This document shows, one piece after another, positions 26,528 through 40,764 of a stretch of 64,000 nt of DNA. How positions within the stretch are numbered: position 1 is the stretch's first letter; each line of letters begins with the position of its first letter. Position numbers and translations under genes: made by a program. The notes under the pieces were generated by a model. That model ran no database searches and was not told the DNA's origin. It worked only from the letters and a program-made list of their open reading frames with translations. Origin of the DNA: Octopus vulgaris (taxonomy: Eukaryota); assembly GCA_951406725.2 (NCBI GenBank), contig OX597815.1, forward strand, positions 25,110,001 to 25,174,000, read 5' to 3'.

Positions 26528-27839
26528 CTACAATAATTTGGTAGCGTTGGATAACGCTTTTTTCAGGGAGGCAAAAGAGGCAAGTTGATCTTCAGTCAGG
26601 GCAATATTCGTGTTTTTGCATGTTCGCCGCCGTAGCAAATCCGTGAGCGGTTGTGCTGTATCAGCGAAGTGGGGATAAAATCTCCTATAAAAATTCACTA
26701 AACCGAGAAACTTCCTTAATTTGCGGAGAGATGTGGATGGTGGAAAATCCACGATGGCCTTGACTTTCTCGGGAAGGGGACGAATGCCATCCTTATCGAC
26801 GATGTGCCCGAGAAAATGAAGGGAAGCAACTCCGAACGAACACTTGCTGGGGGTTGATAAAAATACCGTATTCGCGCAGGCGTTCGAATAGCAGGTGCAA
26901 ATGTTGATCATGTTCTTTGTCTGAGCCACTGGTCACGAGAATGTCGTCTATGTAAACATAGACGAAAGGCAAACATCTGGTAACCGTATCGAATGTCTGT
27001 GCCGCGTTGCGTAAGCCGAAATGCATACGCAGGAATTCAAACATTCCGAAGTGTGTCATAACTACTATATTCGGGATGTCCGCAGGTTCCATCGGGATGT
27101 CCGCAGGTTCCATCGGGATGTCCGCAGGTTCCACCGGAATTTGGTTGTATGCTCGCACACGGTCAATCTATGAAAAGATGCGAGCTGCATACAGCGAGCT
27201 AGGAATGTCTTGTAGATAGGGGACAGGATATGCATCACTTACAGTGCAGTTGTTCAGCGATCGATAATAACAGCAAACTCACCAATCGGTCGATGATTTT
27301 TTTGGAACGCAGAGGACCAGTTGCTGCTGGACGGGCGGATAATTCCAAGGTCGAGCATATGCTGGAATTCCCGCTTGACGGCCTTGAGACGATCTGGTGG
27401 TAACCTTCTGGGTCTTGCAGCAACGGGTGTACCGCTGGTTTTGATGTGGTGGGTAACTTTGTGTTTGATCGGCTGCCTATGGAATACTGGTCGAGCGACG
27501 TCCGGATATTCTTTCAGGATAGCACTGTGGTGAGTTATCGTTGTTAGTAAAACAGTTGGGCTGACTGTGGCCATACGAGCGGCTATACTGCGCACCGTGA
27601 GCTGTGCGGTGCTGTCGACAAGTCTCCTGTGTGTAATGTCTACCAGGAGACCGAAATGATGCAGAAAATCGGCAGTTTAGCTATGACAAATACCCAATGG
27701 AAGGGGCGGCGTAGTCCGAAGTTCAACGTTAGGAATTGTTCACTTTAGGTTGGAATGGGTGAGTGGTTAACTGCCTGAAGACAGACTGGTGTCTCTTTTC
27801 TTTTTCCTGAAGTGTTGGAAACAGGGATTATGCTGACTT
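26528..27839 (-). mobile_element. Ty3/Gypsy pol fragment (protease C-terminus and RT), duplicate copy
   Basis: RPRRLPPDRL, LGIIRPSSSNWSS, HFGLRNAAQTF, YVYIDDILV, FLGHIVD, LRKFLGLVNFYRRF. Multiple frameshifts. Confidence 0.95.
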
Positions 27840-27865
27840 ATATATATATATATATTATGCTGACT

Positions 27866-27927
<62 letters not shown>

Positions 27928-28395
27928 TGTGTGTTTATAAATAGCTTTGACGAAACCATGGTATGCTTTGTTTTCTGACTTTTTAATCATCTCATAATAA
28001 TGACTTTTATGACTTTTATTACTACCTCAGTACATCTAAATGTATATATCTGTCGTTACCTTTCATAAAAAGCCTTTTCTGTTTTTTATTTACAATGTGC
28101 ATTTTCGTTGATTTTTCTTATTTTCCCCTTACATTTCCACGTGTATTTTATATTTTCTTTTTGTAACATATTTCTACTATATATATATATATGTTGATTC
28201 ACTAACTTCTGAACGCATTTTTTTTCTCTCCTTATTTCTCTCCGTGTTTCTTTTCTGTGTATCTTTCTGTTGAAGAGCGTAGGCTCGAAGCGTAAAAGAC
28301 TTGTTTTATTTATATTCCTGAGCGCCATACTAATACAATTGTTTGTTTGTATTCCACCTGCCTTCGTCTTTTGTTTATTTTCATAAAGCTTCCCG

Positions 28396-28470
<75 letters not shown>

Positions 28471-29314
28471 AGAGAGAGTTAGTAGTTGTAACCGACTAAG
28501 GGATAAAATATCCGTATATACTATCAGTATCCGTTACCTGTGTTATACCCGGGCAAGGGTGTGCAGGGACACCATATACGTCGAGCGCAGGTAACAATAG
28601 GATAAACAAAAGTCTATTAGGAACCAATGCAAATAATTAGAAAATGGAGAAAAACATAGATTAACCAACACATCGATTGGACCACATTTTAAAGCTTGTT
28701 TATTGATACAATGCAGGACATAACAAAACTTACAGCTGTTTCTAATCAGATTACCAGAATTCAGCCTATACATAGATGCGAGAATAAAATTCTTCATTTT
28801 CATAGGGCGTTCAAATTAAGGCAACAGATCTTCATCAGGGTGAAAAACAAGAGTATACACTATAAACAAAAGGAATAGGGGAAAGGAAAGAAAACATGGC
28901 TTAGACAAATAGTCTAGAAGCTCAACATGTTAAGCGCACATAATTATTTACCATCCGGATTTATGTGCACTTAATGGAAATGACGCTATATGCACTTAAC
29001 ATATTGGGCTTCTAGACTATTTGTCTAAGCCATGTTTACTTTCATTTCCCTTCTTCCTTTTGTTCATATTGTATACTCTTGTTTTTCACCCTGATGAAGA
29101 CCTGTTGCCTTAATTTGAACGCCCTATGAAGATGAAGAATTTTATTCTTGCATTTATGTGTAGGCTGAATTCTGGGAACTTTGATCAGAAACAGCTATTA
29201 GCTTTGTTATGTCTTGCATTGTATTAATAAACAAGCTTTAAAATGTGGTCCAATCGATGTGGTGGTTAATTTATTTTTTCTCCATATTCTAATTATATAT
29301 ATAAATAAATATAA

Positions 29315-29376
<62 letters not shown>

Positions 29377-29576
29377 TGATTCGCTAGCCTCTGCACGCAT
29401 TTTTTTCTCTCCTTGTTTCTTTCTGTGTTTCTTTTCTGTGTATCTTTCTGTTGAAGAGCGTAGGCTCGAAACGTAAAAGACTTGTTTTATTTATATTCCT
29501 GAGCGCCATACTAATACAATTGTTTGTTTGTATTCCACCTGCCTTCGTCTTTTGTTTATTTTCATAAAGCTTCCCG

Positions 29577-29639
<63 letters not shown>

Positions 29640-29816
29640 AGCTCAGGCGAAGCTGTGTGACAGGAACTTTGCTTCCCAACCACATGGTTCCGGGTTCAGT
29701 CCCAGTGCATGGCACCTTGGGCAAGTGTCTTCTACTATAGCGTCGGGCCAACTAAAACCTTGTAAGTGGATTTGCTAGATGAATACTGGAAGGAGCCCTT
29801 CGTATATATGTATATA

Positions 29817-29910
<94 letters not shown>

Positions 29911-31045
29911 ACCCCCACCATCGCTTCAAAAACGTTGTTGGTGAGTTTACGTACCCATAAGTTCTAAGCTTACAAAGAAGTCCTGAGGTCGAATTATTCG
30001 ACTAAAGACGGTGCTCCAACATGGCCGCAATCAAATGACTGAAACAAGTAAAAGAATAAAAGAACATACATACATACATACACACATACACACATACATA
30101 CATACTTACATACATACTTACATACATACATTCAGACATATTTTAGAGATCAGAATGGTGTGAGTGTGTGTTTTATATTTGGTAGGATGGTGTGTATATA
30201 TGTGTGCACGTTTGTGTGTATGTGTATGTATGTGTCTGTGTGTGATTGGTATTTGTCAGGGTGTTGTGTATGCGCATGTGTGTGTATATGTGTTTGTTCA
30301 CGTGTGTGTATGTGTACGTCTGTGTGTGGGCGCGTGTATGTTTGTGTGTTTTGTGTTGGTGGCGATGTTATGTGTGTGTACGTGAGTGTGTGTGTGTACG
30401 TGAGTGTGTGTGTGTACGTGAGTATGTGTGTGTGTACGTGAGTGTGAGTGTGTACGTGAGTGTGTGTGTGTACGTGAGTGTGTGTGTGTGTACGTGAGTG
30501 TGTGTGTGTACGTGAGTGTGTGTACGTGTGTGTGTGTACGTGTGTGTGTGTGTGTACGTGAGTGTGTGTGTGTACGTGAGTGTGTGTGTGTGTAAGTGAG
30601 TGTGTGTGTGTACGTGAGTGTGTGTGTGTGTACGTGAGTGTGTGTGTGTACGTGAGTGTGTGTGTGTACGTGAGTGTGTGTATGTCTCTGTCTGAGCATG
30701 TTTGTATTGTTTTAATTGTCCTTGTGGTGTGTGTGTGTGAGCAACCATATGTGTGTGTGAGGGTGCATATGTATGTGTGCGTCTGTGTGTGCGTGTGTAT
30801 GTGTGTTTTGTGTTGGCGGGGATGTTATGTGTGTGTGTTGTGTCTGTCTGAGTATGTTTGCGTTTTAATGTGTGTGTGAGAGGGTGCATATATATGTGTG
30901 TGTGTGGGTGCGTATGTGTGTGTAAGTGTGTTGAATTTATCAGGGATTCTGTGTGTGTCCGTGTGTGTTGGGTTTATCTGGGTGGTGTGTATGTGTGTGC
31001 ATGTGCGTTTTGTGTATGTTGGTACTGAGTATGCGTTTGTGTGTG

Positions 31046-31086
<41 letters not shown>

Positions 31087-31237
31087 ATGTGGGTATGGTT
31101 TATGTAGTTTCCGGGGGGGGTGCACATGTGTGAGTGTGCTGCATTTGTGAGTGATTTGTTTTGTTTGTATTGTTAGTATAGTGTGTGTGTATACGTGTGG
31201 GTGTGTTTGTATGAGTGTGTCTACGTGTCTTGTATTT

Positions 31238-31288
<51 letters not shown>

Positions 31289-31499
31289 GTTAGACATGGC
31301 CTGGGCCAATAATGGCCGAAACCTATCAAAGTATATTCCCTTCTCGGGATCTTTCCTTCTCCTATGTTTCCGACGAAGAGCTCCGCTCGAAACGTCAAAC
31401 CCTCCTTCTTCCCTTCTTTCCTGAGCGTCCAATAATACTTTATTTGTTCCACGTCCTTGCGTTGTTGTTTTTTTTGTTTTTGTTTTCTTGTTTGGATTA

Positions 31500-31566
<67 letters not shown>

Positions 31567-31740
31567 AACATCATTATTTCTAAATCTTTCAAAGAGAACT
31601 ATTCAGTAACAGTACTTTAAAGACTATTTGCCAAGATAATGTGGCAGTCCTGAATGGGACGATTGTTACTGTTGTTTAGCCCCAGGAAACGTCATTTGCA
31701 GCTGGCTCTACGACGCAATATCTTTCGAAAATATAAGGAG

Positions 31741-31809
<69 letters not shown>

Positions 31810-32032
31810 GACTCACACACACACGCATACACACATGTTTGAAAAGTTGTGAAATGAAGTTAGTACTAAAATATAACAAGAAAAATTACTAACATGTCTA
31901 GAAAGAAAATAGCACTTATGTTATCGTAAATAGGGCTAGTTAATATTTATCCAAAACAAAACTGTAGGGTTCTTATAATAGTGTACTTACTGAAATATTA
32001 TAGAGACCACCAAGTACACTACTATAAGAACC

Positions 32033-34706
32033 CTACAATAATTTGGTAGCGTTGGATAACGCTTTTTTCAGGGAGGCAAAAGAGGCAAGTTGATCTTCAG
32101 TCAGGGCAATATTCGTGTTTTTGCATGTTCGCCGCCGTAGCAAATCCGTGAGCGGTTGTGCTGTATCAGCGAAGTGGGGATAAAATCTCCTATAAAAATT
32201 CACTAAACCGAGAAACTTCCTTAATTTGCGGAGAGATGTGGATGGTGGAAAATCCACGATGGCCTTGACTTTCTCGGGAAGGGGACGAATGCCATCCTTA
32301 TCAACATGTGCCCGAGAAAATGAAGGAGCACAACTCCGAACAACACTTGCTGGGGGTTGATAAAAATACCGTATTCGCGCAGGCGTTCGAATAGCAGGTG
32401 CAAATGTTGATCATGTTCTTTGTCTGAGCTACTGGTCACGAGAATGTCGTCTATGTAAACATAGACGAAAGGCAAACATCTGGTAACCGTATCGAATGTC
32501 TGTGCCGCGTTGCGTAAACCGAAATGCATACGCAGGAATTCAAACATTCCGAAGTGTGTCATAACTACTATATTCGGGATGTCCGCAAGTTCCACGGGGA
32601 TTTGGTTGTATGCTCGCACACGGTCAATCTATAAAAAGATGCGAGCTGCATACAGCGAGCTAGGAAAGTCTTGTAGATAGGGTACAGGATATGCATCACT
32701 TACAGTGCAGTTGTTCAGCGATCGATAATCACAGCAAACTCGCCAATCGGTCGATGATTTTTTTGGAACGCAGAGGACCAGTTGCTGCTGGACGGGCGGA
32801 TGATTCCAAGGTGGAGCATGTGCTGGAATTCCTGCTTGACGGCCTTGAGACGATCTGGTGGTAACCTTCTGGGTCTTGCAGCAACGGGTGTACCGCTGGT
32901 TTTGATGTGGTGGGTAACTTTGTATTTGATCGGCTGCCTATGGGATACTGGTCGAGCGACGTCCGGATATTCTTTCAGGATAGCACTGTGGTAAGTTATC
33001 GTTGTTAGCAAAACAGTTGGGCTGACTGTGGCCATACGAGCGGCTATACTGCGCACAGTGAGCTGTGCGGTGCTGTCGACAAGTCTCCTGTGTGTAATGT
33101 CTACCAGGAGACCGAAATGATGCAGAAAATCGGCAGTTTAGCTATGACAAATACCCAATGGAAGGGGCGGCGTAGTCCGACGTTCAACGTTAGGAATTGT
33201 TCACTGTAGGTTGGAATGGGTGAGTGGTTAACTGCCTGAAGACAGACTGGTGTCTCTTTTCTTTTTCCTGAAGTGTTGGAAACAGGGATTATGCTGACTT
33301 GCGCGCCGGTGTCAACAAGGAAACGTGTGCCTGTTACCCGATCGCAAACGAAAAACAGGCGACTTTTTGGGTGAGAGCCAGGAACTTCCGTCACGTTCAA
33401 TTCCTGGCTGTGTCGTTTCCCGAACTGGATGCTGAAAAACGAGCATGGGATCGTGCATTTCTGTGCCCGTGTTCCGAACTTTTGGTGGTACCAACACGTC
33501 TCATGCGAGCTGCGGGTAGCACTCGGGTTTCGGGAACGTTCACCAAAATGACACGATCGGCTGTTGCTTCGACACGGTGTATCAGGCGATAGGGCCTGTA
33601 TCTGAGTTGTGAAGGCCTGTATCTGCGCTGCTTGCTGCATCATTAATGAGCGCAAGTCCGAAATTTCGGAAGAACTCGCAGAAGGATTTGTAGGAGGAAC
33701 GGCTGGCGTTACCGTCGATATCGTTGAATACGTGTGTGGTACCTCGGCTATTTTGTCAGCTAGCTCCGCCAGTTCCTCAATGGAAGTAGACTCTCGAGTG
33801 GAAGCGAAGACCACCTGCGTGCTGGAGGGCAGACGCTGGAGAAAAAGCTGCTTAAAAATTTTTTCGGGGAGGATCTCATCTCCAAGAAGCTGTTTCATTC
33901 TGCGTAGAAGCCGGGAAGGCGTTCTATCGCCCAATTCTTCCTATGTAAGGAGCTGGTGAAGTCACTTTTGTTGGGACTCTGAAGTTCTAGTGATTAGCGT
34001 GGTTTTTGAAAGTGTCGTATGACACAGAACCTGGTTGTGCCATAATGAGATCAGGGACCACGTTCGTGATCTCTGGCGATAAGGAACCGATCAGATGCGT
34101 TAGTCAGGACGCATCGCTCACTATTCGGTTGGAAGAGAACTGGGCCTGTAAATGGTGAAACCATAATGTAGGGCCGTGCGTCTAGAATGGGGTAATCCTC
34201 AACATAATCTCCACTTGGAATGCCATGTCGACCGTGGATGTGTTTGCCGCTGGGTTCTGTTCTGGTAGAGCCATTATGAGCCAATCAATCGCAGGAGTTT
34301 TCAGTTCTGTTTCATTGCCGCGTGATTCTTTAACGGGATCACGAAATGCAGTGCCGAAATGGAAAATTAAACCGCAGTACAAAAGATGTCTTTATTTTCC
34401 AAATGCAATTAAGTTGGTGAAGCTGGTTCAAGGAAAGGATGCAATTCTTTGACGGGGTCACCAAATGCACTGGTTAAGGTGTATCAGAATGTGTTGAGGT
34501 AATCAGGTGCGATAGGCATGTGGATGCCTCCGAAGTAAATTATTTAATGACATCGATTTATAGTTTAAATAATTTATTTACTGGACTTGCATTTGCTGTC
34601 GGTATACACAGGTTTTTCTCTACAGTAATTTGTTGTCAACTACTACGAGTTGAGAGGAATAAAAACGAGGTACATCTGTGGATGTGATGTGTTAGAACTG
34701 ATTATG

Positions 34707-34778
<72 letters not shown>

Positions 34779-35073
34779 AACGTTCATCTGAGAAAATAGT
34801 CGACGATCTCGTGAGTAGTCTCTTCGTCCAGGGCCTTTCTCTGTCCTCTAAACTGTCCTGCACGCGATTGTGCAATGCCCCAAGGTGACTGAACTCTGGG
34901 CTTATGTCGAACACCGGCTGTCGCATTCGAGATGAGTAAAACTGTCGAGCGAATCTGTAATTAAGATCGTTCCGTCGACCTCCCTGAATAGGGAGGAGCG
35001 AGCCTGTTCTCTCTCGGTAGTTGCTGTGGCGAAAGAAGTAGTATGGAAGACGAGAGTGAAAGGAATTGCAACA
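32033..35073 (-). mobile_element. Ty3/Gypsy LTR retrotransposon, CsRn1/Kabuki/Boudicca-like clade, 3'-truncated and decayed
   Basis: Putative 5' LTR ~35073-34466 (TGTTG...TGCA; far boundary uncertain). PBS TGGTGACCCCG at 34463-34453. Gag with LRITPF..P.LWF and the CWYHQKFGTRAQKCTIPC (C-X2-H-X9-C-X3-C) knuckle; protease FLVDTGA; RT YIDD. No RNase H, integrase or 3' LTR seen. Confidence 0.9.
34453..34463 (-). promoter_or_regulatory. Primer-binding site complementary to tRNA-Trp 3' end
   Basis: TGGTGACCCCG, two nt after the LTR-terminal CA. The second element has TGGTGACCCCGACG at 59004-59017. Confidence 0.85.
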
Positions 35074-35462
35074 GGTATGTTCATCTCCAGTCTCGAGCTA
35101 ATCGACTTTTTCTTTTTTCACATGAAACGGAAAATAAGGCTGGAGAAGAAAATGCCTGTCGTAAAGTGTGTTTCGTAAAAGATGGAAGTCTATAGCAAGT
35201 ATGTTGCGAGTGACAGAAGCTGTTTAATCGAGAATGTAAAAAAGGAGAAAGCAAAGTCTTCAGTGTGAGTATGTGGTTTGTGGGGTCAACTGTGTCCTCC
35301 GCTTCATTTTTTGTTAATCACTCATTCTCATTTAATTGTATATATTTTAATTGTTTGTTTATTCATACGTTTCGTCTCATTCGATACTCTGACCCCAATG
35401 TTTGTTTTGTCTGTCCCCGTATCGTCCCCTCTTTTTCTCAACCTTATGGTGAATAAAGAAAT

Positions 35463-35526
<64 letters not shown>

Positions 35527-35986
35527 TTGTCCCTTTGCTGACCACAGTATTTATAACAGCCGTGGCAGCTAGAAGGACAGACATACGGGTGGAGAGATTG
35601 TGTCTAAATAAGTCAGCTCCTGTTATTTCGAACTTCGCCTGACATGGCTGAGCTCGTAGGTGAAAAGGAGAAGATTTATCATTTTTTAACAGGACAAAGA
35701 AATTTTCTTTCGCGCCAATTCCTTCGTGGTGGCTCAGACGAGCAAGATTCCTTAGATTCGGTTTCGATTCTAAGCTTGGAGGAAAGAAGTGTTAGTTTTT
35801 ACAAATATATACAACTGAGAATCGAAACCCTATTTCGAATTCAGTTTTCCCCAAATCTTATTTTAACTATTACAAAGTTCAGAATGAAGAAAAAAATTAT
35901 TAAAAAATGGTTGTTTTTTCATAGATGAAAGGCTATGTTCTAAATTCTTAACGTTAAAGTAGAAAACGCTTTTGCTACAAAAAAAA

Positions 35987-36379
35987 GTGGCTGTGTGGTA
36001 AGAAGTTTGCTTCCCAACCACATGGTTCCTGGTTCAGTCCCACTGCGTGGCACCTTGGGCAAGTTTCTTTTAATATAGCCTCAGAGTGACCAAAGCCTTG
36101 TGAGTGGATTTTGCAGACGGAAACTGAAAGAAGCCCGTCGTATATATACAATCGTATGTATATAATCAGCCCGTCGTATATATACAATCGTATGTATCTA
36201 ATCAGCCGAAATTGCGAAGATAATCTGGTACTTGACTGAGGAAAGAAAGCTTCGAATGACTGGTCCTTGTTTTCTTTGTATCGTCTATCTGGATGTTTTG
36301 TTGTCCCATTTTTGTATCACCTGACTGTCCGGATGTTTTGTCCCATTTTGTATTATATATATGTTTGTGTGTGTGTATA

Positions 36380-36442
<63 letters not shown>

Positions 36443-36634
36443 CACCACCACCATCGCTTGACAACTGATGTTGGTGTGTTTACGTCCACGTCAATTAGCG
36501 GTTCAGCAAAAAGTGACCGTTATAGAATAAGCACTAGGCTTACAAAGAATAAGTCCTGGGAGTCGATTTGTTCGATTAAAAGGCGGCGCTCCTACATTGC
36601 TGCTGTCAAATGATTGAAACAAGTAAAAGAATAA
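35987..36634 (+). mobile_element. SINE family A split by an insertion in its central microsatellite
   Basis: 5' half at 35987-36141, 3' half at ~36441-36634, unrelated insert at ~36200-36350. Confidence 0.8.
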
Positions 36635-36929
36635 GAATATGTTTTGTGCAAACCGACTGTTAATAAGATCAAGCATAGAAATGCCTTTGAATATAAGTAA
36701 TTTTAGGAATGTTTTTCTTTTTTCATTTTTTTTTTTATCGGGTTGAAACAAATACCAACAGGTCTCATATTTATTTAGTAATCTAAACATAGTTTTATTG
36801 TTTGTGGAATTCATGCTGTTGGCAGGTGTTCATACGCTTTTTTCTTCGTTTTTCACACTATTTTGTCAGTCCTTTGAAATCTAAACGACAGAAGGTATGA
36901 CGTAATTAAGACGCTAAGCTATTTCATAT

Positions 36930-37754
36930 ATTTATTTCTTTATTGCCCACAGCGGTGTTAAACATAGATAGTACAAATAAGGACAGACAAACGGATTAAG
37001 TCGATTATATCGACCCCAGTGCGTATCTGGTACTTATTTAATCGACCCCGAAAGGCAAAGTCGACCTCGGCGGAATTTGAACTCAGAACGTAGCGACAGA
37101 CAAACGGATTAAGTCGATTATATCGATCCCAGTAACTGGTACTTAATTTATCGACCCCGAAAGGATGAAAGGCAAAGTCGACCTCGGCGGAATTTGAACT
37201 CAGAAAGTAATAATAATTTGAACTCAGACGAAATACCTATTTTTTACTACCCACAAGGGGCTAAACACAGAGGGGACAAACAAGGACAGACAAACGGATT
37301 AAGTCGATTATATCGACCCCAGTGCGTATCTGGTACTTATTTAATCGACCCCGAAAGGCAAAGTCGACCTCGGCGGAATTTGAACTCAGAACGTAGCGAC
37401 AGACAAACGGATTAAGTCGATTATATCGACCCCAATAACTGGTACTTAATTTATCGACCCCGAAAGGACGAAAGGCAAAGTCGACCTCGGCGGAATTTGA
37501 ACTCAGAAAGTAACGGCAGACGAAATACCTGTTTCTTTACTACCCACAAGGGGCTAAACACAGAGGGGACAAACAAGGACAGACAAACGGATTAAGTCGA
37601 TTACATCGACCCCAGTGCGTAACTGGTACTTATTTAATCGACCCCGAAAGGCAAAGTCGACCTCGGCGGAATTTGAACTCAGAACGTAGCGGCAGACAAA
37701 ATATCGCTAAGCATTTCGCCTGGCGTGCTAACGTTTTATCCAGCTCGCCGCCTT
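36930..37754 (-). mobile_element. SINE family B head-to-tail multimer
   Basis: The core GACAAACGGATTAAGTCGATT...GCAAAGTCGACCTCGGCGGAATTTGAACTCAGAA is repeated five times behind one tRNA-like head. Confidence 0.9.
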
Positions 37755-38139
37755 TGAAGCTATTCCATACATTGATCAATAAATGCACAGTGCTTTACTT
37801 ATTGCCAATTCAGTAGAGGAAATGAGATGTTCCTTAACTCTGTGAAGTTACTAAGCACTAGCTGAAAACATTTTACCTTAAACCGTAGGGGATAAGAAGA
37901 CTACTTTTCCCAGCTATTACTAAACACAGAAATGTTTTAACTCTGTGCTCAACATGAAAAACATAACGGAAGACAAACCGTCTATCATGTTTTTAGCACA
38001 TTGACCAAGGGCGCCGGTATGTGAATGATGACAAAATCGAAACTAGATTGTAAATATTTTTCTTGCTCGACGTCTTATCTCTCCTTTTCAGTGCTTGCCT
38101 AAAAGTATGTTTGCATGTATGTATATGTATTTATGCGTG

Positions 38140-38388
38140 TATGTATGTATGTATGTATGTATGTATGTATGTATGTATGTATGTATGTATGTATGTATGT
38201 ATGTATGTATGTACGTACGTATGTATGTACGTACGTACGTACGTATGTATGTATGTATGTATGTATGTATGTATGTATGTATGGATGGATGGATGGATGG
38301 ATGGATGGATGGATGCATGTGTGTAAGCATGTACATATATATGTATGTATGTGTATGTATATATGTATTATATATATTGTATATGTGG

Positions 38389-38419
<31 letters not shown>

Positions 38420-38595
38420 ATATATATATATACATATATATATATATGATATATATATATATATGTATATATATACATATATATATGGCATATATATATA
38501 CATACATATAATATATATATATACATACATACATACATACATACATACATACATACATACATACATACATACATACATACATACATACATACATA
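38140..38595. repeat. Compound microsatellite (TATG)n/(TACG)n/(TGGA)n/(TA)n/(CATA)n
   Basis: Directly visible. Similar tracts at 24476-24595, 42214-42535 and 49975-50075. Confidence 0.95.
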
Positions 38596-38981
38596 ATATA
38601 TATATATACATAATATATATATTCTTTTATTCTTTTACTTGTTTCAGTCATTTGACTGCGGTCATGCTGGAGCACCGCCTTACACACATATATATATATA
38701 TACTTGTGCGTGTATAAAACGTTTACAGTTCCCGTGGTTTCAAGTGGTTACTCTGCTAAGTAGTAGGAATCAGATCCAGCACTTACGTGATTGACCCGAG
38801 AACTATTGTGTTCAATTTGATATGTTTGTAAAGAATATTGTTCGAAACTTTCATTTTTAATGCTTATTGACAACAATGCATAAACACCAGCAAAGTGGGC
38901 CCGAGTGCAGTCGCTCAACGTTGTAGAAACATCAGTGGGATCTAACCTAAATCACTCTCAAATACCTCAAAAGGGATAATA

Positions 38982-39373
38982 TCTTTATATATAAAAGAAA
39001 GGTTGTGTGTCTGTCTACTCCGATTTAGATTCCTAACTACTCCCACATTTTGCGGTGCAGTTTAACCAAAACCGAGTATCTTATAGTCGTGATTCATATC
39101 AAGCCCTTCTGGGTATTAGCGCGCGTCTACGATGAGTTTACGATTTTAAAAATAATTTACCATCATTTTTTCCCATTTTAATGCATATTTTTTTAATATA
39201 AGGGAAGTAACTCTCTAAAAATGTCTACGATGAGTCGACGATTTTTAAAAAATTTACCATAATTTTTTTTCCATTTTTAATGCATTTTTTGCTATTTTTT
39301 GGCTATAACTCTCTAAAAATGCTTTATAGTTATTTCCCTTACAAACCCGAGCAACGCCGGGCGATACTGCTAG
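38982..39373 (+). mobile_element. Non-autonomous Helitron (same family as 16708-17105)
   Basis: TC...hairpin...CTAG, A|T target site. Confidence 0.85.
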
Positions 39374-40382
39374 TGATTCTATAAACCCCTTAAAAACAAC
39401 AAAAAAGGACAGTTGTTATTGGAATACTTTAGAGACCACAAACTCTTAGACCAAGGGTTAAATACGATAACATTATAGCAATAATATGAAGGGTCTCCAA
39501 ACTATCTTTGATCTCTGATCCTCTGCCGAGTATGTCGCATATAGCCTCATTTGTCGCTATTAACACAAGAAATAGTAGCCAAATTTCCTTCAAAAGCATA
39601 GCCTGCTATCTTTGAAACGATCAGTATACATTTCGCTAATGTAGTCTTAAAAGATGAGATGGTCATAAATGGAATGCCTTTCGTCGTAGGTCTGCTCAAT
39701 CAGGGTTCACCTGGGACTAAACAACAACTCGTCAAACACGTTTTTGCTCCCCCATAATCCCATATTGCGTTTTAATGTGTAGACTTCTGAAGCTCTACAA
39801 CACTTTTCTAGTCCTTCAACATTCAAACTACTTTGTCAAATGTAATACTAATCTATTCACATTGTTTTGAATTAATCAGGCGTTATCTCGGAGCTTTGAG
39901 ATTCCGAATATCTTATTCTTTTTTATTTTAAGAATGACATTGTAGGGTGGATGTGAAAGACCAGATCTGGCCTATTTGAACATAAAACAGAATATTTAGG
40001 CCGGATAGAACCGGCTTAAATGCTAAAAGGTTAGATTGCCACAGCAAACTTGTTTTATAGATATTTTTATTGATAAATCATTATTACTATTATTTACAGA
40101 AGGTTTCAAATTTACAGGATATTAGAACTAAGGTCGTGTAACGCTGGTGTTTTCTCTATTAATGATTAAGTGAAATGAAATAAGACATCAAAACTGATTG
40201 AGTCGGTTTATTGAAAGCTAATTCTTATTTCACAGCACTTGGTTAATATCGCCAGATATTAACCGACAACAATAACAAACGATCCTGTCGTGGTTTTCTC
40301 CATCGGCTCACGAATTCTGACCTTCTTTTATAGACTAGCAAGTAGAATATGTAATGACGGCATAAGATCATATTATTAAGGA

Positions 40383-40697
40383 CTAGCACTATGACCCGGC
40401 AACGTCGGGTCATAGTGCTAGTGCATGCATATACAGCTGCGTGCGTGCGCACATACACGCGAGTACTGTCCAAATCTCCGACCAATCACATACTGCTAGC
40501 TGGCATTCAATTGGCGTATCAAGTTTCGGGCATTTTGATTGGGTTTTGGATAGAAAATTCACAAAAAGTCACTTCTATTGATTATTTTAATGACTTTGCA
40601 GGGTGACTGGGGAAATGCACGACCACCCTTGGACGGCTTTGAATGATTATAGAAAGTGTGAGCCCTCTAACTAAACAATTGTGGATTTGTATAAAGG

Positions 40698-40741
<44 letters not shown>

Positions 40742-40764
40742 TTTGCCGTTTTTATATAGAGAGA
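40383..40764 (-). mobile_element. Non-autonomous Helitron
   Basis: Minus strand starts TCTCTCTATATAAAAACGG and ends with a long hairpin and CTAG. Confidence 0.75.

Noticed and set aside
33101-33934. 277-aa ORF as a domesticated gag-protease gene
   Set aside because: Flanked by stops and frameshifts within a decayed Gypsy element; its continuity is explained by a single indel.
35644-35928. 94-aa ORF in non-repetitive sequence as an exon
   Set aside because: No recognisable homology and no convincing pair of splice sites.
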